Source: the human T2T-CHM13v2.0 reference genome, Homo sapiens. Taken from it: a stretch of 64,000 nucleotides of DNA. The translations under genes and the position numbers were made by a program. Below, piece by piece: positions 49,004-63,620 of the stretch (the stretch's first letter is position 1; each line of letters opens with the position of its first letter). The DNA lies in the NCBI RefSeq assembly GCF_009914755.1, contig NC_060931.1; one strand, 5' to 3'. The notes beneath the pieces were generated by a model, which saw only the letters and a list, made by a program, of their open reading frames with translations, searched no databases and had not been told where the DNA came from.

Positions 49004-49976
49004 TGCAGTGAAGAGGGAGGAAAAGAGGCCCTTTCTGCTACAAAATGCAATCTAGGGGAACCAAGAGATAGGATGAAGAAAGAAAGGGAGGGAAGACTTA
49101 GCAGGAGATAAGGCTGTGGGGTAGGGTGAGCAAAAGAAGGCTTCCCCAGGTCTCTCCCAAGCACTCAGGTCCAGTATTCACAGCCTGAAAATGGGAAACG
49201 TTATTCAAGATGCAACCGCAAAGCTTGGGCAAGGGGCAAATGAATGATGTCTCTCCAGCCCAACCAGTTATCCCCGCCAGCCCTGAGGGAGAGGCTAAGG
49301 AAAAGACCTGGAAACCAAAAGCTACAAAGCTGGGCCAAATTCCAGAATTAAAATTTCGGGCTTTGGTTCAAGCCCCTGGAATGGCCCAGAAGCCCAAGAT
49401 AGAGTAGACTTGCCTTTTAGGGTATCACATAGTCAAAGAAACCCCAAGCCTGGCTGACAACAACCTGTAATTGCTTGATCTCTAATCCCTGCTCATATCA
49501 ACAAGAAGTGGCTATGAACGCAATGCTGCCTCCAGGAGAGGTGTCCTCCGACGCCCAACTCAGAGGCGACCAGGAGACCCAATAAACAAGGAGGGCATTA
49601 ATTCTCTCATTCACCAGGTATTTGTGAGCACCAGCAGGTGCCAAGCAGTGTTGAAGGGGATACAGAAGTAAACAGACAGCAAGGACCCTAGCTTCACGGA
49701 ACTTGACTACCAAGAGCAGAGACAGAAAATAAAAATTGATTGGACATTGGTAGATGGATGATGGGAGAATAACCAAACAAAAATACCATGAAGTGGTGAG
49801 TGCTATGAAGACAGCAGAATAGGCTGCCTGATCGTGAGTGAGGGAGGGACTATGAAGGGATGGTCAGGGAGGGTATCCCTGAGGTGATGATATTTATTTA
49901 GGCTGAAGGCCTGAATGACAGGAAGAAGCCATTGAGAAGTCAAGAGGAAGAGTATTATAACATCACACAGACACAC

Positions 49977-49979
<3 letters not shown>

Positions 49980-50009
<30 letters not shown>
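49980..50009. repeat. (CA)n microsatellite, about 15 units
   Basis: Direct reading. Confidence 0.95.
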
Positions 50010-50012
<3 letters not shown>

Positions 50013-50219
50013 GAATAATTCATGCAAAAGCCCTTAAGCAGGATTAAACTCGCCACATTTGAGGACTGGGGTGGAGAATAAGGCAGAACCTGGCACAGAG
50101 GCTGCCAGAGAGGAATATGGCAGGATCACAGAGGGAGTTTGATTTTATTCTGAGTAGGGAGCTGCTGGAGGGCTTTAAGGAAGGAAATGACATGATCTGA
50201 TTTATGCTCTTAAAAGATT

Positions 50220-51360
50220 TGGGGGTGACAGTTTAGTGGTTGCCAGGGTCCCAGGGACTGGGGATGGGTGGATGCGGCTAGAAAGGGATAGCTCCAAGGA
50301 GGCTGGGGTGGTGGTGCAGCTGGTCATCTTGATTGCAATGGTGGTGATATGAATTTGTACATGGGATCAAACTGCATAGACTGCTACACACACACACACC
50401 CCACACCCACACGCAGTGCACGCGGAGCTAGTGAAATCTGACTAAGCTCTGGATTGCACCAATGTAAACAGTTAGTTTCCCGGGTCTTTTTGCTTGCATT
50501 ATTTTGCCCTTACTTTTTCCCTATCGTTAGAACCCATGAACAAGTTCCTGGTTTTGACATGCCACAGTTATACAAAACACTAAAATTGGGGGAGGCTGAG
50601 TGAAGGGTACACAGGACCTCCCGGTACATTTCTCTCCCATCTCCTGTGAATCTATCATTACTTCAAAATTAAAAAAGAAAAAAAAAAGGTCTCTAAGGCT
50701 GCCATTTAAGGTATAGATTAGAGAAAAAAGAAAGTAGAACCACAATATGTGACACCAATCCACACTCAAGGAAAGGGTTAAAATGAAAAAGAAAACACGC
50801 AGATTGGCAAAGGAGCACCTGGAACTCTCATACGCCACTGGTGGAAAATGTAAATTGGTATAACCACTTCGGAAAAGCATTTGGCAAGTTTCATTACAGT
50901 TGAACATATGCCTATTCCACAGTCCAGTGACTCTACTCCTGAGTATACACCCAACAGAAGTGTATGCAAATACTCACCAAAAGACATATACCTGAAAATT
51001 CCAAACAGCACTAGTCTTAAAAGCCAAAACTAGAAAGGACTCTGCCCATCAACAGATAAAGGGATAAATTATGGTATATGCCCATAATGGGATATTGAAC
51101 AGCAAAGAGAATGACTGATGTACAACCACACATAACAATACGGATAAATCTCACAAAAATAACATTGAACAAAAGAAACCAGTTGCATGCAGTAAGATTC
51201 CATTAATACAAAGTTCAAAAACAGGCTGTTACAAGTCAGGACTGTGGTTATCTTTGCCAGGGGGGTGCGGCTGAGGGAGGTAGAAAGTGAGAATGAGCTA
51301 TTTTCAGGATTGTAGGGACATTCCAAGCACCAGCAATATTCTATTTCTTGATCTAGATCA
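50220..51360 (+). mobile_element. L1MC/L1ME 3' UTR fragments
   Basis: ttagtggttgccaggg; ggggaggctgagtgaagggtacacaggacctc; ctggtggaaaatgtaaattggtataaccactt. Confidence 0.65.
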
Positions 51361-52759
51361 GGAAAAGTGCTTCTCCACCCACTTTTTTTTTTTTTTTTTT
51401 TGAGACAGGGTCTCGCTCTGTAAGGCTAAACGTGCCTTATTTCCAGAGTTTTTTGGTTTTGTTTCGTTTTTTTTTGCAAATTCTACTCCTGAGCAATTTG
51501 TTTATTTTTCTCTTTTCCCCAATCCTTAGAATCTGTGAACAATTTCCTGGTTTTGATATTATACCAGAGTTTTACAAGGGACTAAAACTTCTACCCATGT
51601 TTACAGGTATTTCCTCACCAGGCTCAAGTGAGGAACCATGCGAGAACCCTTTGGAAACTATGAAACACTGTACAGACGGGAGGTATTAGTATCACTGACA
51701 GGTATGAACAGGCAGCAAGCAGGTCTCACCTCTATAATTTGTAGGTAATATATGTAGAAATAAAATTGAGTAAACTTTGGATTTTTTTTACCCCAAAGAC
51801 CTAAGAGGGGAAAAAAGCAAATATATCACATTGAAGTTACCATGTTTTCTACTTCTACAGAGCCAGATGCCAATATTGCTTTTTAAAGCACTTCTAAAAT
51901 TAAAAACAATCCCTTAAAAAAGTTCATGGCAAACACATTGACTATAAATACTTGGAAAAATACTAAATTATTATTACTGGCTTATGCAAATGAGCATTTT
52001 ACTCCTATTTTAAAGATGAGATTATTTTATAAAAATAGGTCAGAGATAACCCCAAATGACATTCTAAATAAATTATGTAAACCACTATTATTCAGAACCA
52101 AGACCTCAGTTTTTTAAAGAACTCACTATATATACAAGATCTAGAGTCCAAATTTCTTAATCTGAAAGTAATCATTTTGCCTTATTTTAATATGATAGAA
52201 CAAGCTTTTTGGGGGGTCAGGCAACTCGCTATTACATAATAAACATACTCTCTGGGAAAATAAGTCTGTTCAGAGCTATAAGACAAGTAGCCAAGAATTT
52301 TATTCTGTAGAACCCAGGAATCTTCCTAGTGAGGAAGTCCTTATAAATATGAGTATGTACTTTGAAATGCTATAATATTTTAGCCTTTTAAAATACATTC
52401 GGCACAATCATTTTGATTTTTCAGAATGTCTACATTTCAAAACAATTGGCAGTTAGTGTACTTACTAGTTGCTCTAAGAAATTCTTATCTATTTAAGAGC
52501 TTTTTAATCTTTTTAATTGTTGAAAAGCAATACATGCTCAAGGGGGTGAGAAAAGGGAGGAGATTAAATATTACAAAAGGCATATAATGAAAAGTCACCC
52601 TCTCTTCTCTCTTTTCTCTCCTCTCTCCCTCTCTCCTCTCTCTTTCCTCTGAAGAGGAGAACAGGAGAATCTCTTCAAAGGAAATCAACAGTCAAAATCT
52701 TTCAGTCGTATTCTATACAGACCTATCTATAGATTTCCCCCTTTATTTTTATTTCTTGT

Positions 52760-53950
52760 TTTATTATTCAAATAGTACACACACTAGCCTCTGTTTTGAA
52801 TCATGCTTTTTCCCCCCACTCAATAATATATCTTGGAGAATGTTCCATATCAGAATATAAAACACTATCTTATTATGTTACAGCTACACATCATTGGGAA
52901 TACACGATAATTTACTTAACTAGTCCCTGCTGATACACATTCACATTGATTTCAGTCTTTTATAATTTCAAACAATGCTGCAATGATTTTACACACCGGA
53001 CTTTACATAAATGTGTGAAAACACCCATAAGAAAAAAGTCCTACATGCAGAATTGCTAGATCAAAGAGCATAAACATTTATGATCTGATAGACAGTGCCA
53101 AACTGCTCTTGGTACCTACTCTATCAATTTATATTCTCAACCACTAGAGTAAAAGACCTGTTTTTCCACACCCTTGTCTCATCACAGAAGATTTTCAATC
53201 TCTTTGATCTGCCACTCTTCTAGATGAAAAATTGTTTCATTCTTACTTTTAATTTGTAGTTTGTTTAGTATGAATAGGGCTGATTATCAATTAAAAATAA
53301 ATTTTTAGAGAAAGAAAATGGGCATAAGAGAGAACAGGGCACAGCGGCATATACTTGCAGTCCCAGCTACTCAGGAAGCTGATGATCGCTTGAGCCCAGG
53401 AGTTCCAGGCTGCAGTGAGCTATGATCACGCCAGTGTACTCTAGCCTAGCCTGGGCGACAGAGCAAGACCCCATCTCTAAAGAAGAAAAGGAAAGAAGAA
53501 GAGAGAAAATAGGGTTGTCTTTTCACATGTTTCAAATCCATTTCCATTTTCTTTTCTGTGAATTGTCCATATTCTTTGCCTATTAGGTACTGGCCTTTTC
53601 CTAATTGATTTTGAAGGCTCTTTATATATTAGGAAAACCAGACTTTCATTTTCGTATCCATTACAGATTGTTGTTCCTAGTTTGTCTTTGCATGTTGATT
53701 TTATCCTATTTTTTGCCATGGAGAAATTTTCCATCCAGCTAAAGTTTTTTATTGTTTATAAGTGTTTTTCAGCTGATCTTTTGGGCTTTTAAAGATATAT
53801 CATAACGTCTATAAATAACAGCAATTTTGTTTCCTGCTTTCTGATGTCTTTCTCTAGTTATTAATAATAACTATTTTGACAGTGTACATCCCTGCATTGT
53901 TCCTGATTTTAATGGGAATGTTTCCACAATTTCATCATTTAAAGATGATG
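52760..53950 (-). mobile_element. Old L1 (L1ME/MC) fragments with a nested FRAM-like monomer (53335-53480, + strand)
   Basis: agaattgctagatcaaagagc..tgccaaactgctct; ttgttcctgattttaatgggaatg. Confidence 0.6.
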
Positions 53951-53952
53951 CT

Positions 53953-54331
<379 letters not shown>

Positions 54332-57300
54332 CTAACACTATTTCTCTAAGGAATTTCTGAATACATAATTTATCAATTCATTGTATTATTTTTCCATGTT
54401 TATTAACCGGTTCTATAGATTTTCTTCAATGTCAAAGTACGTTATTAGCTTTATTATTTACCTGGCTATTTAGGAATAAGACATAACAGGAATCTATGAC
54501 TGTATTAATACTGTGCTACTCTATAAATAATTCATAACTACTCATTAAAATATTTAATCCATCTCTAGCAGGTCCTTTTGTGCTCTAAAAAGACAGATCT
54601 CTGGCATTAAAGATAGGAAAACTGAATCATGAAAAGATCATAATCCTATGCACCCCCTCCCCTTTCTTCATTGTGGTACTTGTGTGAATTAGAAATCAAA
54701 TTCAGACCTTCTGATCCCCAGTCCAGTGTTGGAACCACAGGAAAGCATCATGCCCTTTAGAGAACTCAGCGGATGCCCAACATACAAAGAACGCAGGCTG
54801 CCATCTACAATCTGCAGCTTCGTGACATGCTCCTCCAGACTCCTGAAAGCAAGCTGCAAGTTGGGCTCCGGAGCTTAAAACATCTGAAATGCATCACCCA
54901 GCAGCCAGGAGGATAGGTTCCTGCTCAGTGATAAACGATGTTGCCGACATTCCTCAGCCAATTAGAATTCCTTTCAGCTGCAGTGGAGGTGAACACAGCT
55001 GGAATTACAGAGTGGGGCGCGTCACCAGACGCGCTGATTATACATTATTTAAGCCTTGTTTTAAAACAATATGAGGGTGTTTTTTCCCCCATTAGTCCAG
55101 AAATGTGGAAACAACATTCCACTTGGTTTAAATATCTAAATGGATTAAATTGCATCTGGAGACAAAACAGTAATAGTGACATTTTAAAAAGAAGATATGC
55201 CCAAGCCCCATAGCTATGTGCTTTTGTTTTTTAAACATAGCTCCATGGCTTTCCTTTAACTAGAAAGGCCTTAGGGACTTTAGTCAGTCAGAATGAGTTC
55301 CCTGGACAAGAAGCTAATTTAAGTTGGAGGCTTTCACTTACAAATTCACTTACAAAATAACAAACCAGTAATTTAAAACTTGTTCAGTGACAAAAAAAAA
55401 AATTGTATATTCCTTGTTTAAAAAAAAATTAGCCTCTAAAATGGTTTTGAAATTATAAAAAATTGATCCAAATAAGCATCCTAAAAGTTAGCTGTCTTAC
55501 CCAGCAAATCAGAGCATGGCGAAGATATCAAGTTATTTCATCCATTTGAGGCTTTTTTGAACCACTGAATAAAACGCACAATTCAGCTATTTTAACTGTT
55601 AACCAGTGCCCACGATGTTGTACAAAACAGCCAGTCTAGTTAACTGGATCACTGAGGTGATATTGAAACACTATTTGTCGTTTTGTCTTTTTTTCTTTCT
55701 TAATCCATGAGGAAATATTTCATAAATAACACAGCCTCCAAAACCTTTCTTTCACCCAATTTTCCACACTAGAACCTGACATTGTGACTGAACCGAGAAA
55801 ATGAAAATGTGTGGAAGAGAAAGAAAAACCCAACATTCAGAAAGGACTTTTGTAACTGCAAGACTAGAGGTTTTAAACTCTGACAGATGGACTTGAAGTT
55901 AAAAATCCTAGTTTGATAAATCACAACTACTGTAAAAATGGAGATAGAAATAAAGCATATGAAAGATTTCATGTCTAAAGTCAGTTGGGTGGGCCAAGAA
56001 GATTAAAAGGAAAAAAAAATGGATTTGAAAAAAGAAAGTTGTTCTAAAAGGCAACACAAATGTGATCAAATCACAAAATCAATGACAAAAACCTCTATTT
56101 GGCAGAATGTGATTCTTCTTAAAGTATAATTGCAATTCAAGTTTTGCAACAGCATTTGTTCTAACCCATCCTACACCTTCCAATAATTCATCTCAAAGAA
56201 CTGCCTTAACTGTATCTTCCTAAACTTGAGGCAGACCCTAAGGAAAATGTAAATGCAAAGGGAGCTAAAAACTGACCACTTATTCCATCTTATCACAGCA
56301 ACTGTGTTATATGGTTTTTGAAACAAAAGTTTTGCCTGCCTCACATAAGTGAGGTTCTTAGCTGGTACAAATTGACAAAGTCAACAGTCTTAACAATTTT
56401 CTTAATCTTTCTTGAGAGACTTAACTATTTTGAATCAATTGAGACACCTGTAATTCATCAACCAACATCATCAACAGCTATTACCACAACTATTTCACTC
56501 ACAGTTGCACCATCTGAATGCCAAAACACAAGTCACCCTTACATCCCACGAGCTACAATTTTAAAAACAACCTCATATTTCCACATGCTATCAAGGAAAG
56601 TCTCTTTGTTCCTCTCTGTTTGGAATTAGAGTTTTTCTTACTTCACAATATGCAGTCATGCTCCAAAAGATATAAAAACACCAGGATATCTGAGAGTATT
56701 TCAATGCATAAAAGCACAAAAAAGTTTAGGCACTTGTATTTCAACTAATTGGTTGACATTACAATAAAATTTAATTTTCTTGAAGAGCATTGTAGAACCC
56801 TGAATTCCATTCTTTTACCCAAAGTGGCCTAAACAATGTGTCTGGGATTCATTTGTGTACCAGATAAGAACAAAGTTTTTGCAAATCCTGCTTGATTTTT
56901 CAATCAAAATGTTTCTAAAGTGTTTGATTTGCCAGTGAACTCCAATGACTACAAGATAATGCTCTTTAACAAAAGATCACTTGATTCTGGATATATTATG
57001 CCCCTAAACCTACTGAAACCATTTAAAAACTATTTTCCTACTAAAATACCACAAAAACATTCGTTAAAATGTTATTATTTTAAATACAAAGGCTCAAATA
57101 TTCTTCTACTGTTTAGACCAGGTTGCCAAAGCAGTTCAACATATTACCCAACAGTTTTCAAAAACAATCCCACATGAAGAAATAAAGTCATAAATGTAAT
57201 CAATACACAAAATTAATGCTTGGCATAAATCAAACACATGTGCTACACTCCAACACAATTTTCTGAATATCAGGATTAAGAATACCACTAAGCCCAAGTG

Positions 57301-57471
57301 CCCAACAGTAATTTGAAATAAGTAGGTAGCTAAATTGATATATCCTGTGAGAAGGAGGATCAAAGAGTATTATAATGGAGCTGAAATCTCATTTGATATA
57401 TAAAGAAACTGAGACCCAAAAAGGTTAAATAACTTGTTCCGTAACATGTAGTTAATGAGAAATCTGTCTAG

Positions 57472-57998
<527 letters not shown>

Positions 57999-59829
57999 AT
58001 CTTCACTATCTTTGCACTGAATTTCGCTCTGTGTCTATTCATTGACTGGTTGAAATATCCCTCATTTTTAACAGTCTTTTTTTTTTTTCCAAATAACAAA
58101 CATGGAAATAAACTCTGAAACCTGTAACAAAAGTATTCAAATTTTGAAAGATTGCTTCTCAACATCCCAGAAGTGAGAATTCAAACTTCCCTTAACCAGA
58201 AAGATGAGACTAAAACCTATTCCACCGTCAACAAACTTCTAGTTCAAACCTTTCGAGGTAAACTAAGGTTCCACGTACTGGCATTGCATGTGTACCATTA
58301 CCGCTAAACCGCAATCCTATTGTAAGGATGATCACACTCACAAATCCTCTCAAACCATTCATAACATCTACTGAAAGGGAAAGGGAAAGGGAAAAGGTGT
58401 TTCAGAAACAACACTCATCACCTGATCCTTCCCTATCAAATGTCATCCAAAAATTCCTCAAAGCATTCTTGCTTCGATAATCTAAATTCCTAAATCCAAA
58501 AATAATTTGGTAGGAGGAGAAACCAAGTCCTCCCTTTCAAGGCTCAGGCTTGGCAAATAGGATTGATTAATATACATACACCAGACATAAACATTTCAAT
58601 TAAAACCTATTCCTTCTAAAACATTCATCATATTTCTAACACAAAATCAGTTGCTTTCGCTTTTAACAAGATAACTGAAACCAATCTGATGTCAATTACA
58701 GACTGAGCTGTAAATCAGAACCAAGTTAAAAGCTTTACAAGTATTACAATCTCAAAAATGTTACTTTTATCTTACCACATAAATAAAAATGTATCTACAT
58801 TGTATCTACAAAGTGAGAAGCGTTTCCTATCAGCCCTGGCATAAAGAAATGTATTTCCCCAGAAGCAAAGATCCCAGAGGAAACTACCTCCTACGTTACA
58901 AAACCAGGGTCTGGGTTTGGGTCCAAATCATTATTTGATATCTTTATACAAAAAAACAAAACCTTCTCTTAAGACAAAAGTTGGGCCATGCAACAACTAT
59001 GGGCTCTCAAAGTAAATTTTAGTTTAAAAAAATTACCTATTGTTTGCATGGATTTTACCGATGACTTTATGGCTGCGCATCTGCCATAAAGTGTTCAAAA
59101 CGCTCATTCTCTCTTTGAAAGGACCTGACCAAACCAGGACTTTGGAGTTCTCACCCGACTGAGCCACTGAACAGAAAAATCCAGGGGAAAATCCCTGACG
59201 GGGATTAGAATGAACTTTTTAGTTTCCTTCCAGAGCTGGAAATATTCGAGTTTGGAAAGTCCCGGAGCAGAGCCGCATTTGCAACACGGCCATCCTGCTT
59301 TAGGGATGAATTGAAACTGGAAAGAGAGTAGTACCAATGAGAGTGAGAAAGGGAAGACGAGGATGCAGCCTGGTCCAGAACCTCTGGAGCCCGGGGGGAA
59401 ACAGGTTGGCATCACATCCGCGCCACCAAGTCGCAGGCCCGCGGCAGAGCGTTGCGCTCACCCTTGAAGGTGGCACTACAGAGCCACCCAGGAAACACGG
59501 ACTTTTCATTGAAGACAAAATGAATCAAGGAGCCTGCGTGTGGGCAGCTTCCAAAGCCTCCAGTGAGTGTGGGAGTAGGGATCAGAGCCTCACGGCGCTC
59601 TGGGTTGCTGAGTGTGGGGGTGATGGTGAAACAAAATGCAGAAAAGGTAAAAATTGAAGAAGCAGAGTTAAAAGTAGCTAGCGGTCTGGCCTAAGAGACA
59701 GGAAGTGGCCCAGACTGAGACTGAAGAGGGCTGGACCAGGGGGAAGTGAAGAGAGCAGGACTGGGAGCAGCTACAAGATAGGATTGAGGAATTTCAGGCT
59801 GAAGGAAAGAAAGGGTGGAGGCCCCGCCA

Positions 59830-60870
59830 GACAGCAGCGAGGGGGCGGGGCTAGGCAGGAATGAGGGCGGGGCTTGAAAGTGAGGGGCGGGGCTAGGGGA
59901 AGAAGGGAGGAGGACGGTGTGGGGGGGTGAGGGAGAAACGAAAGAGGATGGGGGAGTGAGAAGAGGGTGGGTGGGGGCAGGAGGGGAGAAGCAAGGGGGC
60001 AAGTGGAAGGGGAGGTAGCAAAATAGCTTGGAAGTGGTGGGAAAGACCAGGAGGATGAGGGGAGGGAGCAGGTGGGAGGGAAAACAGGAAAGCAAGAGAG
60101 ATGATGGGAAAGTGGTGAGAAGTGAGGGATGGGACCAGGGGAACAGAGGCAAGGCCAGGAGGGAAAAGCGAGGGGGCAGGTGGGCGGAGAGGATGGGAAG
60201 CGAGGAGAAGGAGGGAGGGGGTAAAAACGGCGGAGGAGAAAAAAAGGAGAGAAGCAAGGGGGCGGGACCAGGAAGAAGTGAGGGCCGATGCTAGGAAAGA
60301 AGTGAGGAGGCGGGACCAGGAAGAAGTGAGGGCCCAGGCTAGGAAAGAAGTGAGGAGGCGGGACCAGAGAGAAGCGAGGGAGCTGGACGCAGGGAGAAGC
60401 GAGGGGGCGGGGACAGAAAGTTAGGAGGCGGGAGCAGAGAGGAGCGAGGGGGTGGGGCCAGAGAGATGGGCGGGGTCAGGTTTGGGGAGGAAAGGTGGGG
60501 AAGAGAAAGGACCACAGGGATGGAGGTGAAAGGCAAGGGGGCGGGGCCTGGGGGGAGAAGCGAGGGGTCAGGTGCTAGGGAGAGGAAGGGAAGCGAGAGG
60601 CAAGGGGCCGAGCCGGGGAGAGGTGAGGGGAAAGGGCCTGGAAGGAGATGCAAGGGGCGGGGCCAGGAAAAGAGAAGCGAGGGGCGGGGCCAGGGAAGGA
60701 GATGCAAGGGGCGTGGTCATGAATGGAAATGAGAGGGGCGGGGCCAGGACGGAGATGCGAGGGGGCAGGTGCGGGGGAACGGGAGGGAACGCGAGACCGA
60801 GGGGGCGCGAGCGGCCAGGGGGCGGGGCCGGGCAACGGCGAGGGGGCGGGGCCAGGAGGGAGAAGCGAGG
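59830..60870 (+). repeat. Purine/G-rich degenerate minisatellite (about 24-bp unit, e.g. gagaagcgagggggcggggccagg) with more than 12 GC boxes
   Basis: Recurrent GGGGCGGGGC motifs. A 48-bp unit recurs at 60261 and 60309, with a partial copy at 60357. Confidence 0.75.
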
Positions 60871-61008
60871 GGCGCACGCCGAAGGGGGTGACGAGGTCCT
60901 GGGACAACGGCCGGCGTGGGGGAGGGCCGCTTCCAAGGGCGCCCTGCGGGGAATTCCGGGGCGGGCGAGGGGGCGCCGGGGCGCGGGTGGGCCTCCCGCC
61001 GGCCGTAC

Positions 61009-61063
61009 CTGTCAGACGGATCTTGATGCTGGAGCCGTTCCTGCGTGTCCCGGGGTTCGACAT
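61009..61063 (-). CDS. SMURF1: SMURF1 first coding exon (55 nt, start of the C2 domain), E3 ubiquitin-protein ligase SMURF1
   Basis: Reverse complement reads ATG TCG AAC CCC GGG ACA CGC AGG AAC GGC TCC AGC ATC AAG ATC CGT CTG ACA G|GTACGG = MSNPGTRRNGSSIKIRLT. This is the SMURF1 N-terminus; SMURF2 begins MSNPGGRRNGPVKLRLT. Phase-1 GT donor at 61008-61007, inside a CpG island. Confidence 0.97.
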
Positions 61064-61390
61064 CTCCCGCCAACGATCGGGCAGCCGCGGATCCAGCGCC
61101 ACCGCCCCCCAGCCCGGCCCGGCCCGGCCCCGCCGCCGCCGCCTCAAGGTTACGGCTCCGGGCTGGGCGCCGGGGTCCGAGCCGGGACACAAACTCCGCG
61201 GCCCAGGCGTCCGGGCGGCAGGCGGATGGTCGAGCCGGGAGATCGGCGCTTGCTGCGGCGCTCTGACCCTCGCTGCTTCCAGCCGAGCCCAGTCCCGAGC
61301 CGCCGCCGCCTCCGCCGCCTCCACCACCTCAGAGCCGGACGCCCGCCGCCCTCGCCGCTTCCGCCGCTGCCGCCGCCTCTCCGAGCCGCG
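61064..61390 (-). other. SMURF1: SMURF1 exon 1 5' UTR (upstream end approximate), very GC-rich, with interrupted CGG runs
   Basis: Contiguous with the ATG, no upstream ATG, (GCC)n-like tracts at about 61130-61143, 61299-61320 and 61343-61378. The TSS is inferred, not visible. Confidence 0.7.
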
Positions 61391-62075
61391 CGCGCGCCCG
61401 CCGCCGTGCCGGCCCGGCCCTGCGCGCCCCCGCGCCTGCGTGCGTGCGCGCCCCCGCCACGTACGCTGGGGCGGGGCGGGGTGCGCTGCTACGTCGCCCG
61501 CACGCCTGCCTCGGGCGCGCGGGGCCCGGATCCCGCGGGTTGGGGTCTTCACCCTTCCTGTGGTCGGTGGGTGGGAGGGTCTGGCCCCGAGCCCGGGAAG
61601 GGAGAGCAGAGCTGGCCCCGGGACCCAGCGCGCGGTCGCCCTCTGTCTTGACCCCTGTCTCTGCGAGGCTCTGGGCTCCTGAGTGACTGAAGAGTGGTTT
61701 GCATGAAACCGTGGGCTGTGTCCACACCAAGCTCCTTGCACACAGGCGTGCAATACCAGTTTTTTTCAGTTAAGAGCTTTCGATCGTGCAAGTTCAAGGG
61801 AGGGACTTCTCAAAGAGACAAAGCCCTTAGGTGTGTTCTGTGCAACGGGTGTGCTCCACTGACCCATAACAAAGTTGCCAGAATCGCAGAAGTGCCATAT
61901 ACGGACAAGGAAAACGAGATGAGAGGGAGGGATAAAGTTGAGAGGCGGATGTTTGTTATTATCCATTCTGCATACAATTTTACCAAACAAGAAAGTGGCA
62001 TTGTGGTTTGTGTTCCCATGTCTTCTGCTAAATTTCCCCTTCTCCCGGGGTTGCAGGTTAGAACCAAAAGCTCAT

Positions 62076-62865
<790 letters not shown>

Positions 62866-62900
62866 TGATTCTTCATCAATCAACTTGAACAAATTCTTTT

Positions 62901-62905
<5 letters not shown>

Positions 62906-62932
<27 letters not shown>
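62906..62932. repeat. (TG)n microsatellite
   Basis: Direct reading. Confidence 0.95.
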
Positions 62933-63041
62933 CCCAAGGAAAGTAGGCTCTGGGCCATTGCTACCATCCCCTGCAGCCTTGTGCCTGTCCTAAGGTCACA
63001 GTCTTCGGAACAGAGCCTTCTACCTAGAGCGCCTAGACATA

Positions 63042-63080
63042 CCTGCCTGCCTGCCCGCCTGCCTGCCTGCCTGCCTGCCT
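63042..63080. repeat. (CCTG)3 CCCG (CCTG)5 CCT tetranucleotide repeat
   Basis: Direct reading. Confidence 0.95.
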
Positions 63081-63620
63081 CGGATGACCCTAGTGAAAGC
63101 AGAGTCTCTCCTGGGCAGGATTCAAGGCATCACATCTGTCAAATAAAAGGATGGTCCTAGGTCATTTCTATGGCACCTTGCGGCTCTTTCAGTTATCCTC
63201 AAGAAAGACCCAAGAATATAAGCAATGTTTAAGCAATAGCAGTGGAGCCACAATCCAGCTGTTTCCATTTGTAGATGATTGTCACAGAGAGTGAATGCCT
63301 GGGTCTGAATTAATCCATCCAGTCTCTAATGCTCCCAAGTAATCCCCATTCTTCTGCCAATCCCATTAGTATTTCCCCCCTATTCAAAGAGTCTCCTCTC
63401 TAAACAAAACCAGACATCACTCTCTGCTTACCTGGGTGCAGGCTCCTGTTCTTATCCCCAGGTGTTCCTGACCTGGAAACCTTTCATTGCTTAATTTTGT
63501 TGTTTTTCTCCCCGCCCCGACGGCTGGTTCTTCGTTGGCTTGACTGTTTCCTTAATCTTTGAGTCAGGAGGTTGCTTCTGGAGGTTTCTGAAAGGCATTT
63601 TGTTCATTCATTAACAAGTA

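Larger units (their letters stand above)
60750..61650. promoter_or_regulatory. CpG island / TATA-less SMURF1 promoter
   Basis: Very high GC and CpG density. GC boxes (ggggcggggcgggg near 61468-61481) and an NRF1-like gcgcctgcgtgcgtgcgc near 61432-61449. Confidence 0.9.

Noticed and set aside
51530-51710. Possible antisense exon (acceptor tttacag| near 51606, donor cag|gtatga near 51701)
   Set aside because: Only moderate splice signals with no other support; within chance expectation.
59691-60294. Pro/Ser/Leu-rich and Gly/Arg/Glu-rich ORFs
   Set aside because: Products of the purine-rich minisatellite.
60572-61682. Long plus-strand ORFs (359 aa, 319 aa) over the CpG island
   Set aside because: Low-complexity G/R/P/A translations with non-ATG or weak starts. 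Expected from stop-codon depletion in GC-rich DNA; no recognisable domain.
60575-61753. 392-aa minus-strand ORF as a complete protein
   Set aside because: Only 61009-61063 is SMURF1 coding. The rest is promoter, UTR and read-through past the splice donor.
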